Shown: piece after piece, positions 8,601 to 18,244 of the stretch | Layout of the letters: each line of letters starts with the position of its first letter | How positions within the stretch are numbered: position 1 is the first letter of the stretch | Origin: Luteolibacter sp. | GTDB lineage: Bacteria > Verrucomicrobiota > Verrucomicrobiia > Verrucomicrobiales > Akkermansiaceae | Assembly (NCBI GenBank): GCA_031419215.1 | Contig: JANOKL010000408.1 | Location: 1 to 58,362, forward strand | DNA length: 58,362 nucleotides | Reading direction: 5' to 3' | Notes under the pieces: generated by a model | Told to the model about the DNA's origin: nothing | The model's database searches: none | What the model saw: the letters and a program-made list of their open reading frames with translations, nothing else | Made by a program: the position numbers and the translations under genes

Positions 8601-11388
8601 CGCCGAGGAGTCGCTCGATGTCGGTGAAATGCAGGCCGGTGGTCGGCTCGTCGAGGATGAGGAGCTTGCCCTTGGCGTTTGGGGATTGGGCGTCGGTCTC
8701 GGCGAGGAGCTGGCAAAGCTTGATGCGCTGGGACTCGCCGCCGGAAAGAGTGTTGAGCGGCTGGCCCAGTTTCAGGTAGCCGAGGCCGACCTCCGCGAGC
8801 GGCGCGAGCAGCTTCACGATCTGGCTGTGGCGCTTCTGGAACTGGGTGGGAACCCCGTCCGCCGCGTAGAAGGCGATGGCTTCATCGACGGTCAGTTCGA
8901 GGATGTCGGCGATCGATTTCCCGAGGTAGTGGATGTCGAGCGTGGAGGACTTGAAACGGCGACCGTTGCAGTCCGGGCAGGTGACGTAAAGGTCGGACAG
9001 GAACTGCATCTCGACCTTCTCGAAGCCCGCGCCGGCGCAGCGATCACAGCGGCCGTCGCCGGAGTTGAACGAGAAGAAGCCGGTGTTGAGCTCGCGGGCC
9101 TTCGCATCCTCGGTGTTGGCAAAGAGCTGGCGAATCGGATCGAAGGCCCCGAGGAACACGGCGGGGGTCGAGCGCGGCGTGCGGGTGATCGGCGACTGGT
9201 CGACCAGCTCGACACCGCCGAGATACGAGGTCCCCAGTAGTTCTGAAACGCGGGCGGCATCGCCATCGACCTCCTTGCCGAACTTGCGGGCGAGGTTCAG
9301 GTAGAGGACGTCGTGAACGAAGGTCGATTTCCCGGAACCGGAAACCCCGGTGAGGCAGCAGAACAGGCCGAGCGGGACGGTGACGTCGAGCTTGCGGAGG
9401 TTGTGTCGCGAGGCCCCGCGGATCTCCAGCTTCGCCTTGCCGGGCTTGCGACGGGTTTCCGGAACCGCGATGGAGCGCGCGCCGGAAAGCCAGGGGAGGG
9501 TGCCGGAGGCGGGAACATCCAACATCGAACGTCCAACATCGAACGTCGAAGTTTTTGAAGACTTCTTCTTTGGAACTTGGCCCTTGGCCCTTGGAACTTC
9601 GATCGGCCCTTGGTAGACGATCTCCCCGCCGTGCTGACCGGCTCCGGGACCCAGGTCGATGAGGTGGTCGGCGGCGCGCATGACGGCTTCCTCGTGCTCG
9701 ACGACGACGAGGGTATTCCCCTTGTCGCGCAGGCCGTGCATGATGCCGACGAGGCGATGGATGTCGCGCGGGTGGAGGCCGACGGTCGGTTCATCGAGAA
9801 CGAAGAGGGTTCCTGTTAGAGATGCGCCGAGGCAGGTCGTGAGGTTGACGCGTTCGATTTCACCGCCGGAAAGCGTGCGGGTCTGGCGGTCGAGGGTGAG
9901 GTAGCCGAGGCCGACTTCGTCGAGGTAGCGGAGGCGGGTGGTGATCTCGGTGAGGATGAGTTGGAGGGAAGGGTCGGGTGATCGGTGATCGGTGATCAGG
10001 GAAGAGAACCAGAGTTGGAGGTCGGAGACGGGGAGGGCCCAGAGGTCGGGGAGGGTTTTGCCGGCGACCTTGAAGCAGAGGGCCTCGGGCTGGAGGCGCT
10101 TGCCCCGGCAGTCCGGGCAGGCGGTGTAGGAGCGGTAGCGGCTGAGGAAGACGCGGACGTGCATCTTGTAGGCCTTGGTCTCCAGCCAGTCGAAGAAGCC
10201 CTTCACTCCATACCATTTCCCGTCGCGCCAGAGTTCCTCGGTGTTCTCGAGGTCGGTGAGGGTGGACGACTTACTGTCTCCGTAGTAGATCCATTCGCGA
10301 ACTTCCTCGTCGAGGTCCTCCCAAGGGATTGAGGTGTCGATGTCGCGCTCGCGGCAGTGGCGGAGCAGGTCCTTTTGGCACTCGTCACCGCGCTCGCCCT
10401 GGAAGGGTTTGATCGCGCCCTTGCGGATCGAGAGGCCGGGATCGGGGACGGCCTTGTCGAGATCGAGTCCGATCACGCGACCGAAGCCGCGGCACTTCGG
10501 GCAGGCTCCGAGCGGGTTGTTGAAGGAGAAGAGGGACGGGACCGGGGCGCGAAGGGTGAAGCCGGTGGCGGGGTTGTGCCAAGTGTTGGAGAAGGAACGC
10601 TGAACATCGAACATTGAACGTCCAATATTGAACGTTGAAGGATCGAGGACTGAGGCGCGGCCTTTGCCGAGGTGGAAGGCGCTTTCGAGTGCTTCGAGGA
10701 GGCGCAGGCGGTTCGCGGCTGTTAGAGGGAGGCGGTCCTGGACGACGTCGATGTGTGTCTTGAGCTTGGTGATTTCTGACTGCGGTGGCTCGTCGGTGCG
10801 GAGGACTTGGCCGTCGAGAAGTATGCGGAGAAAGCCTTGCTGGCTGAGGAAGGGGAAGAGCTCGGCGCTCTGGGTGTCCGCTGGAATGGGGACGGGGAAG
10901 GTGATGAGGACCTGCTTGCCGGGGAGGTTCGCGTAGGCCCAATCGGCGGCGGACTCGGGGCTGTCGGGCTGGATTTCCTCGCCGGAGTGGGGGTCGTAGC
11001 CCTTGGCGAGGCGGGCGAAGAGGAGCTTCAGGTAATCGTTGAGCTCGGTGAGGGTGCCGACGGTCGAGCGGGTGGTGCGGACGTTGTTCTTCTGCTCGAT
11101 GGCGATGGCGGGCGGGATGCCGTCGATGCGGTCGACATCCGGCTTGTCCATGCGGTCGAAGAACTGCCGGACGTAGGGCGAGAAGGTCTCGACGTAGCGG
11201 CGCTGGCCTTCCGCGTAGAGCGTGTGGAAGGCGAGCGAGGATTTTCCGGAGCCGGAGGGCCCGGTGACCACCGTGAGCTGGCCGAGCGGCAGATCGAGGT
11301 CGAGGCCCTTCAGGTTGTGCTGACGCGCCCCGCGGATCTGGATAAAAGCGGAGGGCTGGCTGACGGGATTCTCTCTCTTCGCGGACAC
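5683..11388 (-). CDS. uvrA: Excinuclease ABC subunit A, double-length (two UvrA units fused)
   Basis: 1901 aa with four Walker A motifs ([32 protein letters not shown]), four LSGGE signatures with xDEPT/EEPT Walker B motifs, and multiple CxxC zinc modules. Confidence 0.97.
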   Translation of the reverse strand: MSAKRENPVSQPSAFIQIRGARQHNLKGLDLDLPLGQLTVVTGPSGSGKSSLAFHTLYAEGQRRYVETFSPYVRQFFDRMDKPDVDRIDGIPPAIAIEQKNNVRTTRSTVGTLTELNDYLKLLFARLAKGYDPHSGEEIQPDSPESAADWAYANLPGKQVLITFPVPIPADTQSAELFPFLSQQGFLRILLDGQVLRTDEPPQSEITKLKTHIDVVQDRLPLTAANRLRLLEALESAFHLGKGRASVLDPSTFNIGRSMFDVQRSFSNTWHNPATGFTLRAPVPSLFSFNNPLGACPKCRGFGRVIGLDLDKAVPDPGLSIRKGAIKPFQGERGDECQKDLLRHCRERDIDTSIPWEDLDEEVREWIYYGDSKSSTLTDLENTEELWRDGKWYGVKGFFDWLETKAYKMHVRVFLSRYRSYTACPDCRGKRLQPEALCFKVAGKTLPDLWALPVSDLQLWFSSLITDHRSPDPSLQLILTEITTRLRYLDEVGLGYLTLDRQTRTLSGGEIERVNLTTCLGASLTGTLFVLDEPTVGLHPRDIHRLVGIMHGLRDKGNTLVVVEHEEAVMRAADHLIDLGPGAGQHGGEIVYQGPIEVPRAKGQVPKKKSSKTSTFDVGRSMLDVPASGTLPWLSGARSIAVPETRRKPGKAKLEIRGASRHNLRKLDVTVPLGLFCCLTGVSGSGKSTFVHDVLYLNLARKFGKEVDGDAARVSELLGTSYLGGVELVDQSPITRTPRSTPAVFLGAFDPIRQLFANTEDAKARELNTGFFSFNSGDGRCDRCAGAGFEKVEMQFLSDLYVTCPDCNGRRFKSSTLDIHYLGKSIADILELTVDEAIAFYAADGVPTQFQKRHSQIVKLLAPLAEVGLGYLKLGQPLNTLSGGESQRIKLCQLLAETDAQSPNAKGKLLILDEPTTGLHFTDIERLLGVFQSLVDSGHSLLVIEHNLDVMKCADWILDLGPEAGAKGGQLVGEGSPEHIITLGTETATHLHGVLVAGASRSSPSLERPAPSASSSSIQLRGARHHNLKNISIDIPRDQFVVISGLSGSGKSTLAFDILFAEGQRRFLDSMSAYARQFAEQLEKPELDLLAGLPPTVAIEQRVSRGGGKSTVATVTELWNFIRLLYSKLGTQFCPDCQVPVEKQSVAAIENTIRTYLKKGPVSILAPVIRGRKGFHTEVAEWALKQGYTRLLVDKQFKDAENFQRLERFKEHDIDVVVAAVSNRQAELAELPSQISRALEIGKGTIKLYADKKFLILSSEASCPSCRKSFEELDPRLFSFNSPHGWCPDCRGHGLVPKRRRMLDTSRFDSVLEAELDADRAIERMEDEELVECPSCKGARLNRIASCVQLAGTPIRDLSRLAIDHATTHFEKLSLKGDRDALISRDIIPEIRQRLSFLSEVGLGYLQLDRSAKTLSGGESQRIRLAAQLGSNLRGVLYVLDEPTIGLHPRDNAALLDTLLALRDKGNSLIVVEHDEDTIARADHLIDLGPGAGRLGGEIVYQGPPPQVPSANGQVPKKRKTSKTSTFDVGRSMFDVELSPTYRALSHPIIHPTRGSRRAVKKDHPFLKINGCSANNLKNIDVAIPLGRLTVLTGISGSGKSSFMHGCLAVAALSKRQAKKQTYKSATGFETIQNVYEVDQSPIGKTSRSCPATYVKIFDDIRALYAQLPESRMRGFEASRFSFNTEGGRCSDCGGNGRVKLEMDFLPSTWVHCETCNGQRYNSATLEVTFRDKTIGDVLAMTIDEAASFFESQPRLSRPLQLLADTGLGYLQLGQASPTLSGGEAQRIKLVSELTKGRVSVKNVKTLSRTNLYLIEEPTVGLHLEDVKRLIDVLHRLVDEGHTVVVIEHHMAVAAEADWILDIGPEAGAGGGTLVAQGTPETVAKSKKSRTAPFLSAALAI
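6781..6867. repeat. In-frame heptamer repeat insert in uvrA (second half)
   Basis: AACATCG AACATCG AACGTCC AACATCG AACGTCG, then TTGGAAC TTGGCCG TTGGCAC TTGGAAC; encodes [29 protein letters not shown]. Confidence 0.9.
7716..7737 (-). repeat. REP-like palindrome inside uvrA
   Basis: Minus strand reads GTGGC-GGCGGTT-TCC-AACCGCC; encodes VAAVSNR. Confidence 0.55.
8357..8403 (-). repeat. Tandem REP-like palindromes in the linker between the two UvrA units
   Basis: GGAGCGGGACGCTCCAG occurs at 8357 and 8383; the minus strand starts GTGG-CTGGAGCG-TCC-CGCTCCAG. Confidence 0.75.
9514..9597. repeat. In-frame heptamer repeat insert in uvrA (first half)
   Basis: AACATCC AACATCG AACGTCC AACATCG AACGTCG, then TTGGAAC TTGGCCC TTGGCCC TTGGAAC; encodes [28 protein letters not shown]. 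Confidence 0.9.
9977..9997. repeat. (GGTGATC)3 in-frame heptamer repeat in uvrA
   Basis: Three perfect copies totalling 21 nt; encodes ITDHRSP. Confidence 0.85.
10596..10637. repeat. Six-unit heptamer repeat, in frame in uvrA
   Basis: AACGCTG AACATCG AACATTG AACGTCC AATATTG AACGTTG, 42 nt; encodes [14 protein letters not shown]. Confidence 0.9.
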
Positions 11389-11438
11389 GCGGCGAGCTTA
11401 GGCGGTAATGCGTGCTTCGCCAGCGGAAGAAGGCAAAA

Positions 11439-13304
11439 TCAGCGGAACGGGTTGTCCCTGTTCTTGTCCTTGTCCTTGTCCTTGTCTGGGTCTTCCTCGA
11501 CTTCCTTCGGACCCAGGAGCAGCGTTTCGAAATGGCTGCTGTCGGTCGCGGTGTTGGAAATCTCGGCCTTGAGCGACTCGATCGCAAGGTCGTCAACGGT
11601 CGGCTTGAGGCGTTTGATCTGCAGCTCGATGCCTGTGATGTAGGTGCGGGAAAGGGTGGCGAGATCAGCCGAAAGCAGCTCGTCGATCTTGGTCTGTGAG
11701 GCGAGGTGCTCCTTGTAGGCATCCCTGAGTTGTTCACCGAGCTTGTCGTGACCGATCTCATCGAGCTTGTTGTCAACCGGGATGCGGTTGCCATTCTCAC
11801 GAATGTCGCCGAGTCGCTTCTCGATCTGCTCCTCCATGTAGTCCTGTCCGTATTCGGCGCGCCTGGCGACGCGCTTCAGGGCTTTTCCAAGTGAGTCGAC
11901 GTTTTTGACGAGGCCCTCGTCACGCTTCACCACACTCGGCTTTGCCTTGGCCATCATGATGTCCTTCGCTTTTGTGAGGAAGCCCTGGACATCAAAGGTG
12001 GAAGTGGGTGGGGCTGGAACGGGCTCCGGCTTTTCGACAAAGGCGGGATCGCTCGGCTTTGGTGGAGTTTCCACCACTTCGGGTTGCTTTTCCTCGAAAT
12101 CGTTAGGCTTAGGCGGCTTCGGACGTTCGCTGATCGACCCGCTGTCGTTCGGCTTGACGTCCTTGGGTTTCGGCTTGGTCTCCGGAGGCTTGGTAATATC
12201 CAGCCCCATGCTTTCGGCGGTCGTCGGCGAACCCGGCGAGGTCTTTGGCGCTGGTGGAGAAAGTTTCTTCATCACCACGTAGCCGGCGGCGGCGGCGATC
12301 AGGATCAGCACGACCACGATCACTCCGGAGGATCCACCCTTTTTGCTTTGGACCGAGGTGGCTGGCGGGCGGCGGACAGGGCGGTTCGCCGCCGGGGAAG
12401 GGGCCACGTGGTAGGGGGCCGGGCTTGATGCACGGGCACCCGGACGATTCGCCCCGGGCGCGACGGATGCACGCGCCTTGGCGGCATTCAGGGCTTCCAG
12501 CACCCCCTTCAGATCCTTGGCCATCGACGCGGCATTCAGATAGCGTAGATTCGGCAGGGGGTTGGTAGCGCGCTTGACGATGGCATCAAAGCGCATGTCG
12601 CAGCCGGAAATCGCCGATGGCGGCCGGGGATCGGTGGCAGGGAGCTTCCCGGTCAGAAGCTCGTGAAGCATCACGCCGATGGAGAAAATATCCGCCCTGG
12701 CATCGACCGATCCCGGGTGGCTGACCACTTCCGGCGCGGTGTAGTGAGGAGTTCCGTAAACCGTTTCTCCGGCTTCGACCTGCTTGCCGATGACGCGGGC
12801 GAGCCCGAAATCCCCGATCTTCGGGCGTGTCTGGTTGTCGAGAAGGATGTTCGCCGGCTTGATGTCGCGATGGAGGATTCCATGCTCGTGGGCGTGGGAG
12901 AGACCATCGCACACGGCCGACACCATCTGGGCGGCGATCATTCCATCCATCGCATGGCCGTAGGCGTGATGATAAAGCGATCCGCCGGAGACGAACTCCA
13001 TGATGATGAAAAGCATCCCATCAACCTCACCGAAGTCGAAAACCCCGATCAGGTTCGGGTGATTCAGCTTCGCCATCGCCTTCGCCTCGGCCTCGAAACT
13101 CTCACGGAATGTGGGGTCCGCCCCGAACTCACGCGGCAGGATCTTGATCGCCACCACCCTGTCGAGCGATCGTTGAACGGCTCGATACACTGCACCCATG
13201 CCACCCGTGGCGATCAGGCACTCGATGTCGTATCCCGGGAACAACGAGGAGAGTGTCGCCGGATCAGGAGCGGCGAAGGTCGGGTGTTGACTGGGGTCGT
13301 TCAT
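11439..13304 (-). CDS. Hanks-type Ser/Thr protein kinase with a TM segment and Pro-rich extracytoplasmic region
   Basis: ATGGMGAVY, VAIKIL, HRDIKPANILL, DFGLAR and GTPHYTAPE; TM segment VIVVVLILIAAAAGYVVM; C-terminal DK run from (CTTGTC)4. Start set at ATG 13304 (the ORF track extends to TTG 13331). Confidence 0.93.
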   Translation of the reverse strand: MNDPSQHPTFAAPDPATLSSLFPGYDIECLIATGGMGAVYRAVQRSLDRVVAIKILPREFGADPTFRESFEAEAKAMAKLNHPNLIGVFDFGEVDGMLFIIMEFVSGGSLYHHAYGHAMDGMIAAQMVSAVCDGLSHAHEHGILHRDIKPANILLDNQTRPKIGDFGLARVIGKQVEAGETVYGTPHYTAPEVVSHPGSVDARADIFSIGVMLHELLTGKLPATDPRPPSAISGCDMRFDAIVKRATNPLPNLRYLNAASMAKDLKGVLEALNAAKARASVAPGANRPGARASSPAPYHVAPSPAANRPVRRPPATSVQSKKGGSSGVIVVVLILIAAAAGYVVMKKLSPPAPKTSPGSPTTAESMGLDITKPPETKPKPKDVKPNDSGSISERPKPPKPNDFEEKQPEVVETPPKPSDPAFVEKPEPVPAPPTSTFDVQGFLTKAKDIMMAKAKPSVVKRDEGLVKNVDSLGKALKRVARRAEYGQDYMEEQIEKRLGDIRENGNRIPVDNKLDEIGHDKLGEQLRDAYKEHLASQTKIDELLSADLATLSRTYITGIELQIKRLKPTVDDLAIESLKAEISNTATDSSHFETLLLGPKEVEEDPDKDKDKDKNRDNPFR

Positions 13305-13483
13305 CGGGTGAAGCGGGGCGATGCTTAGCAAACGTCAAGAATCTTTCAAGCTTTAGGAGCCTAGATCACCCGAATATCAGAATCACCACCCATTTAGGGT
13401 ATCTGAAACCGCGCTGCTATTTAACTCCGGGTAGCATGTGGAGTTGCGCTGGTCACCCTGATTTTCTTTGCCAGGATCGTCAC

Positions 13484-13870
13484 ATGAACGAAGCGAGCCT
13501 CTATGCCTCCGTGGGGGAAAGCGGAATAAGCCGGATGGTGGCGGCCTTTTACAGCCGGGTCAGGACGGATAGTCTGCTCGGTCCGATGTATCCCGATGGG
13601 GACTGGGAGGGCAGCGAGCAGCGGCTCCGTGAGTTCCTGCTCTTTCGTTTGGGAGGAGATACCCGATATCTTGAAAGTCGGGGTCACCCCCGCCTCCGCA
13701 TGCGGCACATGCCGTTTTCAATCGGGATCGCCGAACGTGATCGTTGGTTGGAGCTGATGCGGGCCGCGATGGAGGAGGCGGATCTACCCTCAGAAGCCAT
13801 CCTGGAGCTCGACGCCTTTTTCAGCCAGGTGGCCGACTTCATGCGCAATCGCGAGGAGCCCGCTCACTGA
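13484..13870 (+). CDS. Group II truncated hemoglobin (trHbO-like)
   Basis: LYASVG...MVAAFYSRV..D.LLGPMYP, LGG...Y...RGHPRLRMRH.PF.IG..ERDRWL.LM. Start trimmed to ATG 13484. Confidence 0.92.
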   Translation: MNEASLYASVGESGISRMVAAFYSRVRTDSLLGPMYPDGDWEGSEQRLREFLLFRLGGDTRYLESRGHPRLRMRHMPFSIGIAERDRWLELMRAAMEEADLPSEAILELDAFFSQVADFMRNREEPAH

Positions 13871-15228
13871 AGCGGCGCGTGATAAACCAGCCACTCGGGC
13901 AGTTTCACCGCCAGATTGTAGAGGCAATGCAGCGCGATGACCGAGGAAAGCGCGCGGGTCTTTGAATAGACCAGTGCACAGACAAAGCCGAACAATGCCA
14001 CTCCGACGAGCCCGGTGATGTTGTAGAAATGCACCAGGGCAAAGGCCCCCGACGAAAGCAAGGCCGCCGCCAGAACACCGAATCGGTTCCTCAACGAGCG
14101 GAACAAGACGCCACGGTAGACGATTTCCTCCGAGATCGGTGCCATCAGGCAGGCCGAGATCACCGCAAATGCGAGGCCTTCCAATCCAGCTTCGCCGCCG
14201 CTCAAGCCACCTGTGGGGTCCGAGGGAGATGTCCCGCTGAGGAGCAGGGTCGTCCCTTGGCTCAGCCAACTCAGCAGGGAAAACATCCCGAAAACCAGCA
14301 CCCAGGACGGTTTTTTCACCAGGCCCAGCACCCGGACCGCATGGGAGGGGCGGCGAAACAGCAGTCCGATCGCGATCATCGCCGGCAGGAGTCGCAGGGC
14401 GGAATCCAAGGCGATTCCCAGCCATGGAGGAATCGCAGCCACGGCCAAAAGTCCCGCGCGCAGGGTCATTTCAAAGCCAATCCACGCCAGCACGGCGACC
14501 AGAAACACCACCAGCCCGAGAGGCGCCGTCCAGCGATTGGAATAGCAGACCTTTTCTGGCTCGGCCTTGGAAATCAAGCGCTTCAAGGCCATCGGAATCA
14601 ACAGGCTCCCCAGCAGCACCACACTCCAGACCACACTCCGGGCGACGATCGCCCGCTTTCTCAGGACCGCCGTTCCTTCATCGAAAACCTTCAGCGCGGC
14701 GGTGAATTCCGGCCCAGTCGGACGCTCTTGCTGGTAGGCCCGCACCATCGAGCGATCCCACCAGGTGCCCTGTCCACTCGCGAGGCGTTCCACCAGCACA
14801 TCGTAGCTCTTCGGCAGGTCCAGCCCGCTCATGGTTCCGCTCTCCTGGCGAAGCGTGTTGAGCAAGGGTCGATCATTCATTTCGGCGAACGCCACCAACA
14901 GGGCCTCCCAGCCGCGTTCACTGAGGGCGTTCTCTTTTTGGAGCAGGTCGAAATTGTTCAGCCCCGCACGTCGCACCAGTTCCGGAGTCTCCACTCCCAC
15001 TGCCCATTTCAACCACCCAGGGTCACCCGCCATCGACTCCGCCAACCGGAAATCCCGGTCCAGCTTCACCATGGCGATCTGGTCCGTACCCGGGGGATAG
15101 CCCTCGGTTTTCCCGAAATAGTGATCCCACAGCCACACCCCCAGCACAAAGGCCAGCAAGGCGATGAACGGCTCGGGAAACTTCCGGGCAAGGATCTGCC
15201 GGTAGGCATTGGTGGATGGGACCGGCAT
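13864..15228 (-). CDS. CPBP (CAAX/Abi) family intramembrane metalloprotease with a periplasmic N-terminal domain
   Basis: APISEEIVYRG, FALVH and IALHCLYN motifs; multiple TM helices. Confidence 0.88.
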   Translation of the reverse strand: MPVPSTNAYRQILARKFPEPFIALLAFVLGVWLWDHYFGKTEGYPPGTDQIAMVKLDRDFRLAESMAGDPGWLKWAVGVETPELVRRAGLNNFDLLQKENALSERGWEALLVAFAEMNDRPLLNTLRQESGTMSGLDLPKSYDVLVERLASGQGTWWDRSMVRAYQQERPTGPEFTAALKVFDEGTAVLRKRAIVARSVVWSVVLLGSLLIPMALKRLISKAEPEKVCYSNRWTAPLGLVVFLVAVLAWIGFEMTLRAGLLAVAAIPPWLGIALDSALRLLPAMIAIGLLFRRPSHAVRVLGLVKKPSWVLVFGMFSLLSWLSQGTTLLLSGTSPSDPTGGLSGGEAGLEGLAFAVISACLMAPISEEIVYRGVLFRSLRNRFGVLAAALLSSGAFALVHFYNITGLVGVALFGFVCALVYSKTRALSSVIALHCLYNLAVKLPEWLVYHAPLQ

Positions 15229-15373
15229 GGTGGGGACGACGCAGCCTTCGCATCATCATTCATAAAAATTGACTGACAAGCCTTCTTGATGATCAGCCTC
15301 TCGAAATTTCGCGGAGTTCTCCCCCGGATTTTCCCTTTGGCAGAAGGCCACGCTCTCCACCACTGTCTCCGAC

Positions 15374-16345
15374 GTGTCCGAGCTGCCTGTCCAAATTTTC
15401 CAGATCACCTTCTTCAGCGCCTTGGCATTGTTCGCCGTGACCTCGGCCATCCGGGCCTTGATCGCGAGACCGGAAATCGCAGCCGAAGCAGCCCCTGAGC
15501 TCTCCGAAATCGAGCCCGATGAAGCTCCACTCGCTCATCTGCCCGCTCTCGATTTCTCGCCCTACACGCCTCCCGCCGCCCTCCCGCCGCCGTTGTTGCC
15601 TGTCGTGAGTGCCACGCCGGGGATCGCTACCCGACATTACCGGAAGATCGATTTCCTCTGGCTCGGCGTCATCTTCCTCGTCTTTGCCACCCTCGCCATC
15701 GCCGGCGCAAAGATGCCGGAAGCTCCGCCGAACAAGAAAATCCTGGCCGCCGATCTGATCACTTCGATCGTTTTCCAGCTCTTGCTCGCCGGGGCCACCC
15801 TCGGTGTCATGATCTGGCGCGTCCGACCCGCCACCTGGCTCGGCCTGCATTGGAAAAAATGGCCGTGGGTCCTCCTCATCGCCCCCGTGACCGTCGTCTC
15901 GATGTGGGCCGTCATGGCCGGCCTCCAGGCCGCGGGCTACATGAAATGGATGGAATCCCTCGGCGGCGAAACCGTCCAGGACGCCGTCCGACTCCTTCAT
16001 AACAGTAACGACCCCGTCATCCTCGGCCTGATGGGCTTCGCCGCGGTCTTCGTCGCCCCGGTCTGCGAGGAAATCATCTTCCGCGGCTACTTCTACCCTG
16101 CTGCCAAGAAATTCGCCGGTCCTTGGGTCGCCGCGATCTGCTCCGCCCTCGTCTTCGCCGCCGCCCATGGCAACCTCGCCGCCCTCCTGCCGCTCTTCAT
16201 CCTCGCGCTGGTCCTCGTCGTTCTTTACGAGAAAACCGGCTCCCTCTGGGCACCGATCGGCGTGCATTTCTGCTTCAATGGCGCCACCGTCCTCATCCAG
16301 GTCCTCGCCCGCGCCTACGACATCCCCCTCGATCCCGGGACGTGA
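15374..16345 (+). CDS. CPBP (CAAX/Abi) family intramembrane metalloprotease
   Basis: APVCEEIIFRG, FAAAH and IGVHFCFN motifs. Confidence 0.9.
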   Translation: MSELPVQIFQITFFSALALFAVTSAIRALIARPEIAAEAAPELSEIEPDEAPLAHLPALDFSPYTPPAALPPPLLPVVSATPGIATRHYRKIDFLWLGVIFLVFATLAIAGAKMPEAPPNKKILAADLITSIVFQLLLAGATLGVMIWRVRPATWLGLHWKKWPWVLLIAPVTVVSMWAVMAGLQAAGYMKWMESLGGETVQDAVRLLHNSNDPVILGLMGFAAVFVAPVCEEIIFRGYFYPAAKKFAGPWVAAICSALVFAAAHGNLAALLPLFILALVLVVLYEKTGSLWAPIGVHFCFNGATVLIQVLARAYDIPLDPGT

Positions 16346-17247
16346 AAAAATCCCTCCATCAGCTCGGCGAAGACGCACTCATTTCCCGGCTCGTCGCCCT
16401 CATGCCGCGCGACGCCGATCCGCTCGCCGGTCCCGGCGACGACTGTGCCGTGGTCGACCTTGGAAAAGGCCGTCCGCTCCAGCTTCTCAAGACCGATGCC
16501 ATGGTCGAGCGCGTCCATTTCCTAACCGACGCCCCACCGCGAAAAATCGGCTGGAAAGCCATCGCCCGCGTCACCTCCGACTTCGCTGCCATGGGCGGAA
16601 TGCCGGACCGCTTTCTCATCACGCTCGCCCTGCCCGCTGAATGGCCGGTCGCCTTCGTAGAGTCCATCTACCGTGGCATGGCGGACTGCCTGAAGGCCTT
16701 CGGCGGCACCCTCGCCGGCGGCGAAACCACCCGCGTCCCGGAAAGTTCCGCCGCCATGATCTCCATCGCCGCCACCGGCCTCGTCGACCGGAAACACCTC
16801 GTCCTCCGCTCCGGCGGAAAGCCCGGCGACCTGATCCTCGTCACCGGAAAACTCGGCGGCTCGATCACCGGCAAGCACCTCAGCTTCACCCCCCGCCAGG
16901 CCGAATCGCAATGGCTCGTCCATCACGCCAAACCCAGTGCGATGATGGACCTTTCCGACGGCCTCGCCAAGGACCTCCCGCGCCTCGCCAAAGCCAGCGC
17001 CTGCGGTTTCCAGATTGATTCTAACAGTATCCCGAAAACCCGTGGCTGCACCCTCGACCAAGCCCTCGGCGACGGCGAGGACTTCGAGCTGCTGCTCACG
17101 CTTTCTCCGAAAAAATGGCCGCAGCTTTCGGCAAAATGGAACGCCGCATTCCCCAAACTTCCCCTCACCGTCATCGGCCAGCTCACCGAATCCACCGGCA
17201 AACAGGCCACTCTAACAGGTGGCTGGGATCCTTTTCGTTCCTCCTGA
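16342..17247 (+). CDS. thiL: Thiamine-monophosphate kinase
   Basis: GEDALI, GPGDDCAV, KTDAMVERVHF, SDFAAMGG, GGET, MMDLSDGL and GEDFELL. The GTG start overlaps the upstream TGA. Confidence 0.93.
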   Translation: MKKSLHQLGEDALISRLVALMPRDADPLAGPGDDCAVVDLGKGRPLQLLKTDAMVERVHFLTDAPPRKIGWKAIARVTSDFAAMGGMPDRFLITLALPAEWPVAFVESIYRGMADCLKAFGGTLAGGETTRVPESSAAMISIAATGLVDRKHLVLRSGGKPGDLILVTGKLGGSITGKHLSFTPRQAESQWLVHHAKPSAMMDLSDGLAKDLPRLAKASACGFQIDSNSIPKTRGCTLDQALGDGEDFELLLTLSPKKWPQLSAKWNAAFPKLPLTVIGQLTESTGKQATLTGGWDPFRSS

Positions 17248-17264
17248 CTCGATTGCTACGGAGG

Positions 17265-18143
17265 CTACTTTCGCTTTGCCATCAGCTCACGAAGGATCGG
17301 ATTCGGAAAGCGTCTGCTCGGAGTGATGGCGTAGAAGCTCTCCTTGATCTTGGGGAATTTGTGGCGCTCCACCAACGCACCACTTTCAAGCTCGTCCTTG
17401 ACCACGACCGGCGGCACCAGAGTCACCCCGTTTGTTTCACGGGCCATGAGACGGAGCATCGCCATGTCATCGACCTCAGCGGCGATGATCGGACGGATGC
17501 CGATTTGGTCCATCAGCACGTCAAAGGCCGCGCGGATGCTGCTTTCGAGGCTGGGAAGCACGATGGGGGTTTTACGGAGATCTTCGGGAAATCGAAAGGG
17601 CTTCATGCCGCGTGTTTTGTGGCCCACCAGGCTGACCGGCTGCTCGTCGAGCAAGTGGCTGTGCCATCCAGTCTCCGCATCGCGGCGCACGGGTGTGTTG
17701 GAAAGCACCACATCGAGCGTATGGGCCTGAAGTCGGGCCAGTAGCTCGCGCAAGGTGCCGGAGTGAATGATCAGCTCCACATCGTCCCGGGTGATGAGCG
17801 GGCGCAGGAAAGTGAGCTGGAAGTTTCGGGATAAATTGGAGGCCGCGCCGACCCGGAGAAAGCCGCGGCTGCGGGCGGACCGGTTCTGCAGCAGGTCGGT
17901 CAGCTCCTCACCGCTGCGGAAGATGGAGTCGGCATACTCGAGGGCGATCTGGCCGGCTTCATTCAGCACGAGGGACTTGTTCTTCCGATCAAACAAGGGC
18001 TGTCCGAAGCTGTTCTCCAGACTGCGGAGCTGCACGCTCAGCGCGGATTGCGAGAGATTCAAATGCTGGGCGGCCTTCGTGAGGCTGCCTTCATGGGCGA
18101 TGGCGCGGAAGTAGCGGAGGTGGTGGTAGTTCAGGAAGGCCAT
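17265..18143 (-). CDS. LysR-family transcriptional regulator (NhaR-like)
   Basis: LNYHHLRYF..IAHEGSLTKAA..L..SQSALS.Q..SLE and AEVDDMAMLRL; divergent from dabBA. Start trimmed to ATG 18143. Confidence 0.93.
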   Translation of the reverse strand: MAFLNYHHLRYFRAIAHEGSLTKAAQHLNLSQSALSVQLRSLENSFGQPLFDRKNKSLVLNEAGQIALEYADSIFRSGEELTDLLQNRSARSRGFLRVGAASNLSRNFQLTFLRPLITRDDVELIIHSGTLRELLARLQAHTLDVVLSNTPVRRDAETGWHSHLLDEQPVSLVGHKTRGMKPFRFPEDLRKTPIVLPSLESSIRAAFDVLMDQIGIRPIIAAEVDDMAMLRLMARETNGVTLVPPVVVKDELESGALVERHKFPKIKESFYAITPSRRFPNPILRELMAKRK

Positions 18144-18152
18144 GACGGACAT

Positions 18153-18166
18153 GCTTTTACAAAAGC
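18153..18166. promoter_or_regulatory. Inverted repeat in the LysR/dabB divergent promoter, candidate LysR site
   Basis: GCTTTT-AC-AAAAGC just upstream of the LysR start. Confidence 0.3.
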
Positions 18167-18244
18167 GAACGATTCCTGGCAAAACATGAATTGGATAGAA
18201 TCGAGAAAATCCGTCACAAGCTGATGCGTCAAATGCACCTGCAC

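Noticed and set aside
5683-11388. Double-length UvrA as a novelty or assembly artefact
   Set aside because: Tandem-fused UvrA is known from Chlamydiae and other PVC bacteria, and the two halves are diverged in one continuous frame.
11463-11486. (CTTGTC)4 as a phase-variation tract in the kinase
   Set aside because: Hexamer slippage keeps the frame and only alters a low-complexity DK tail.
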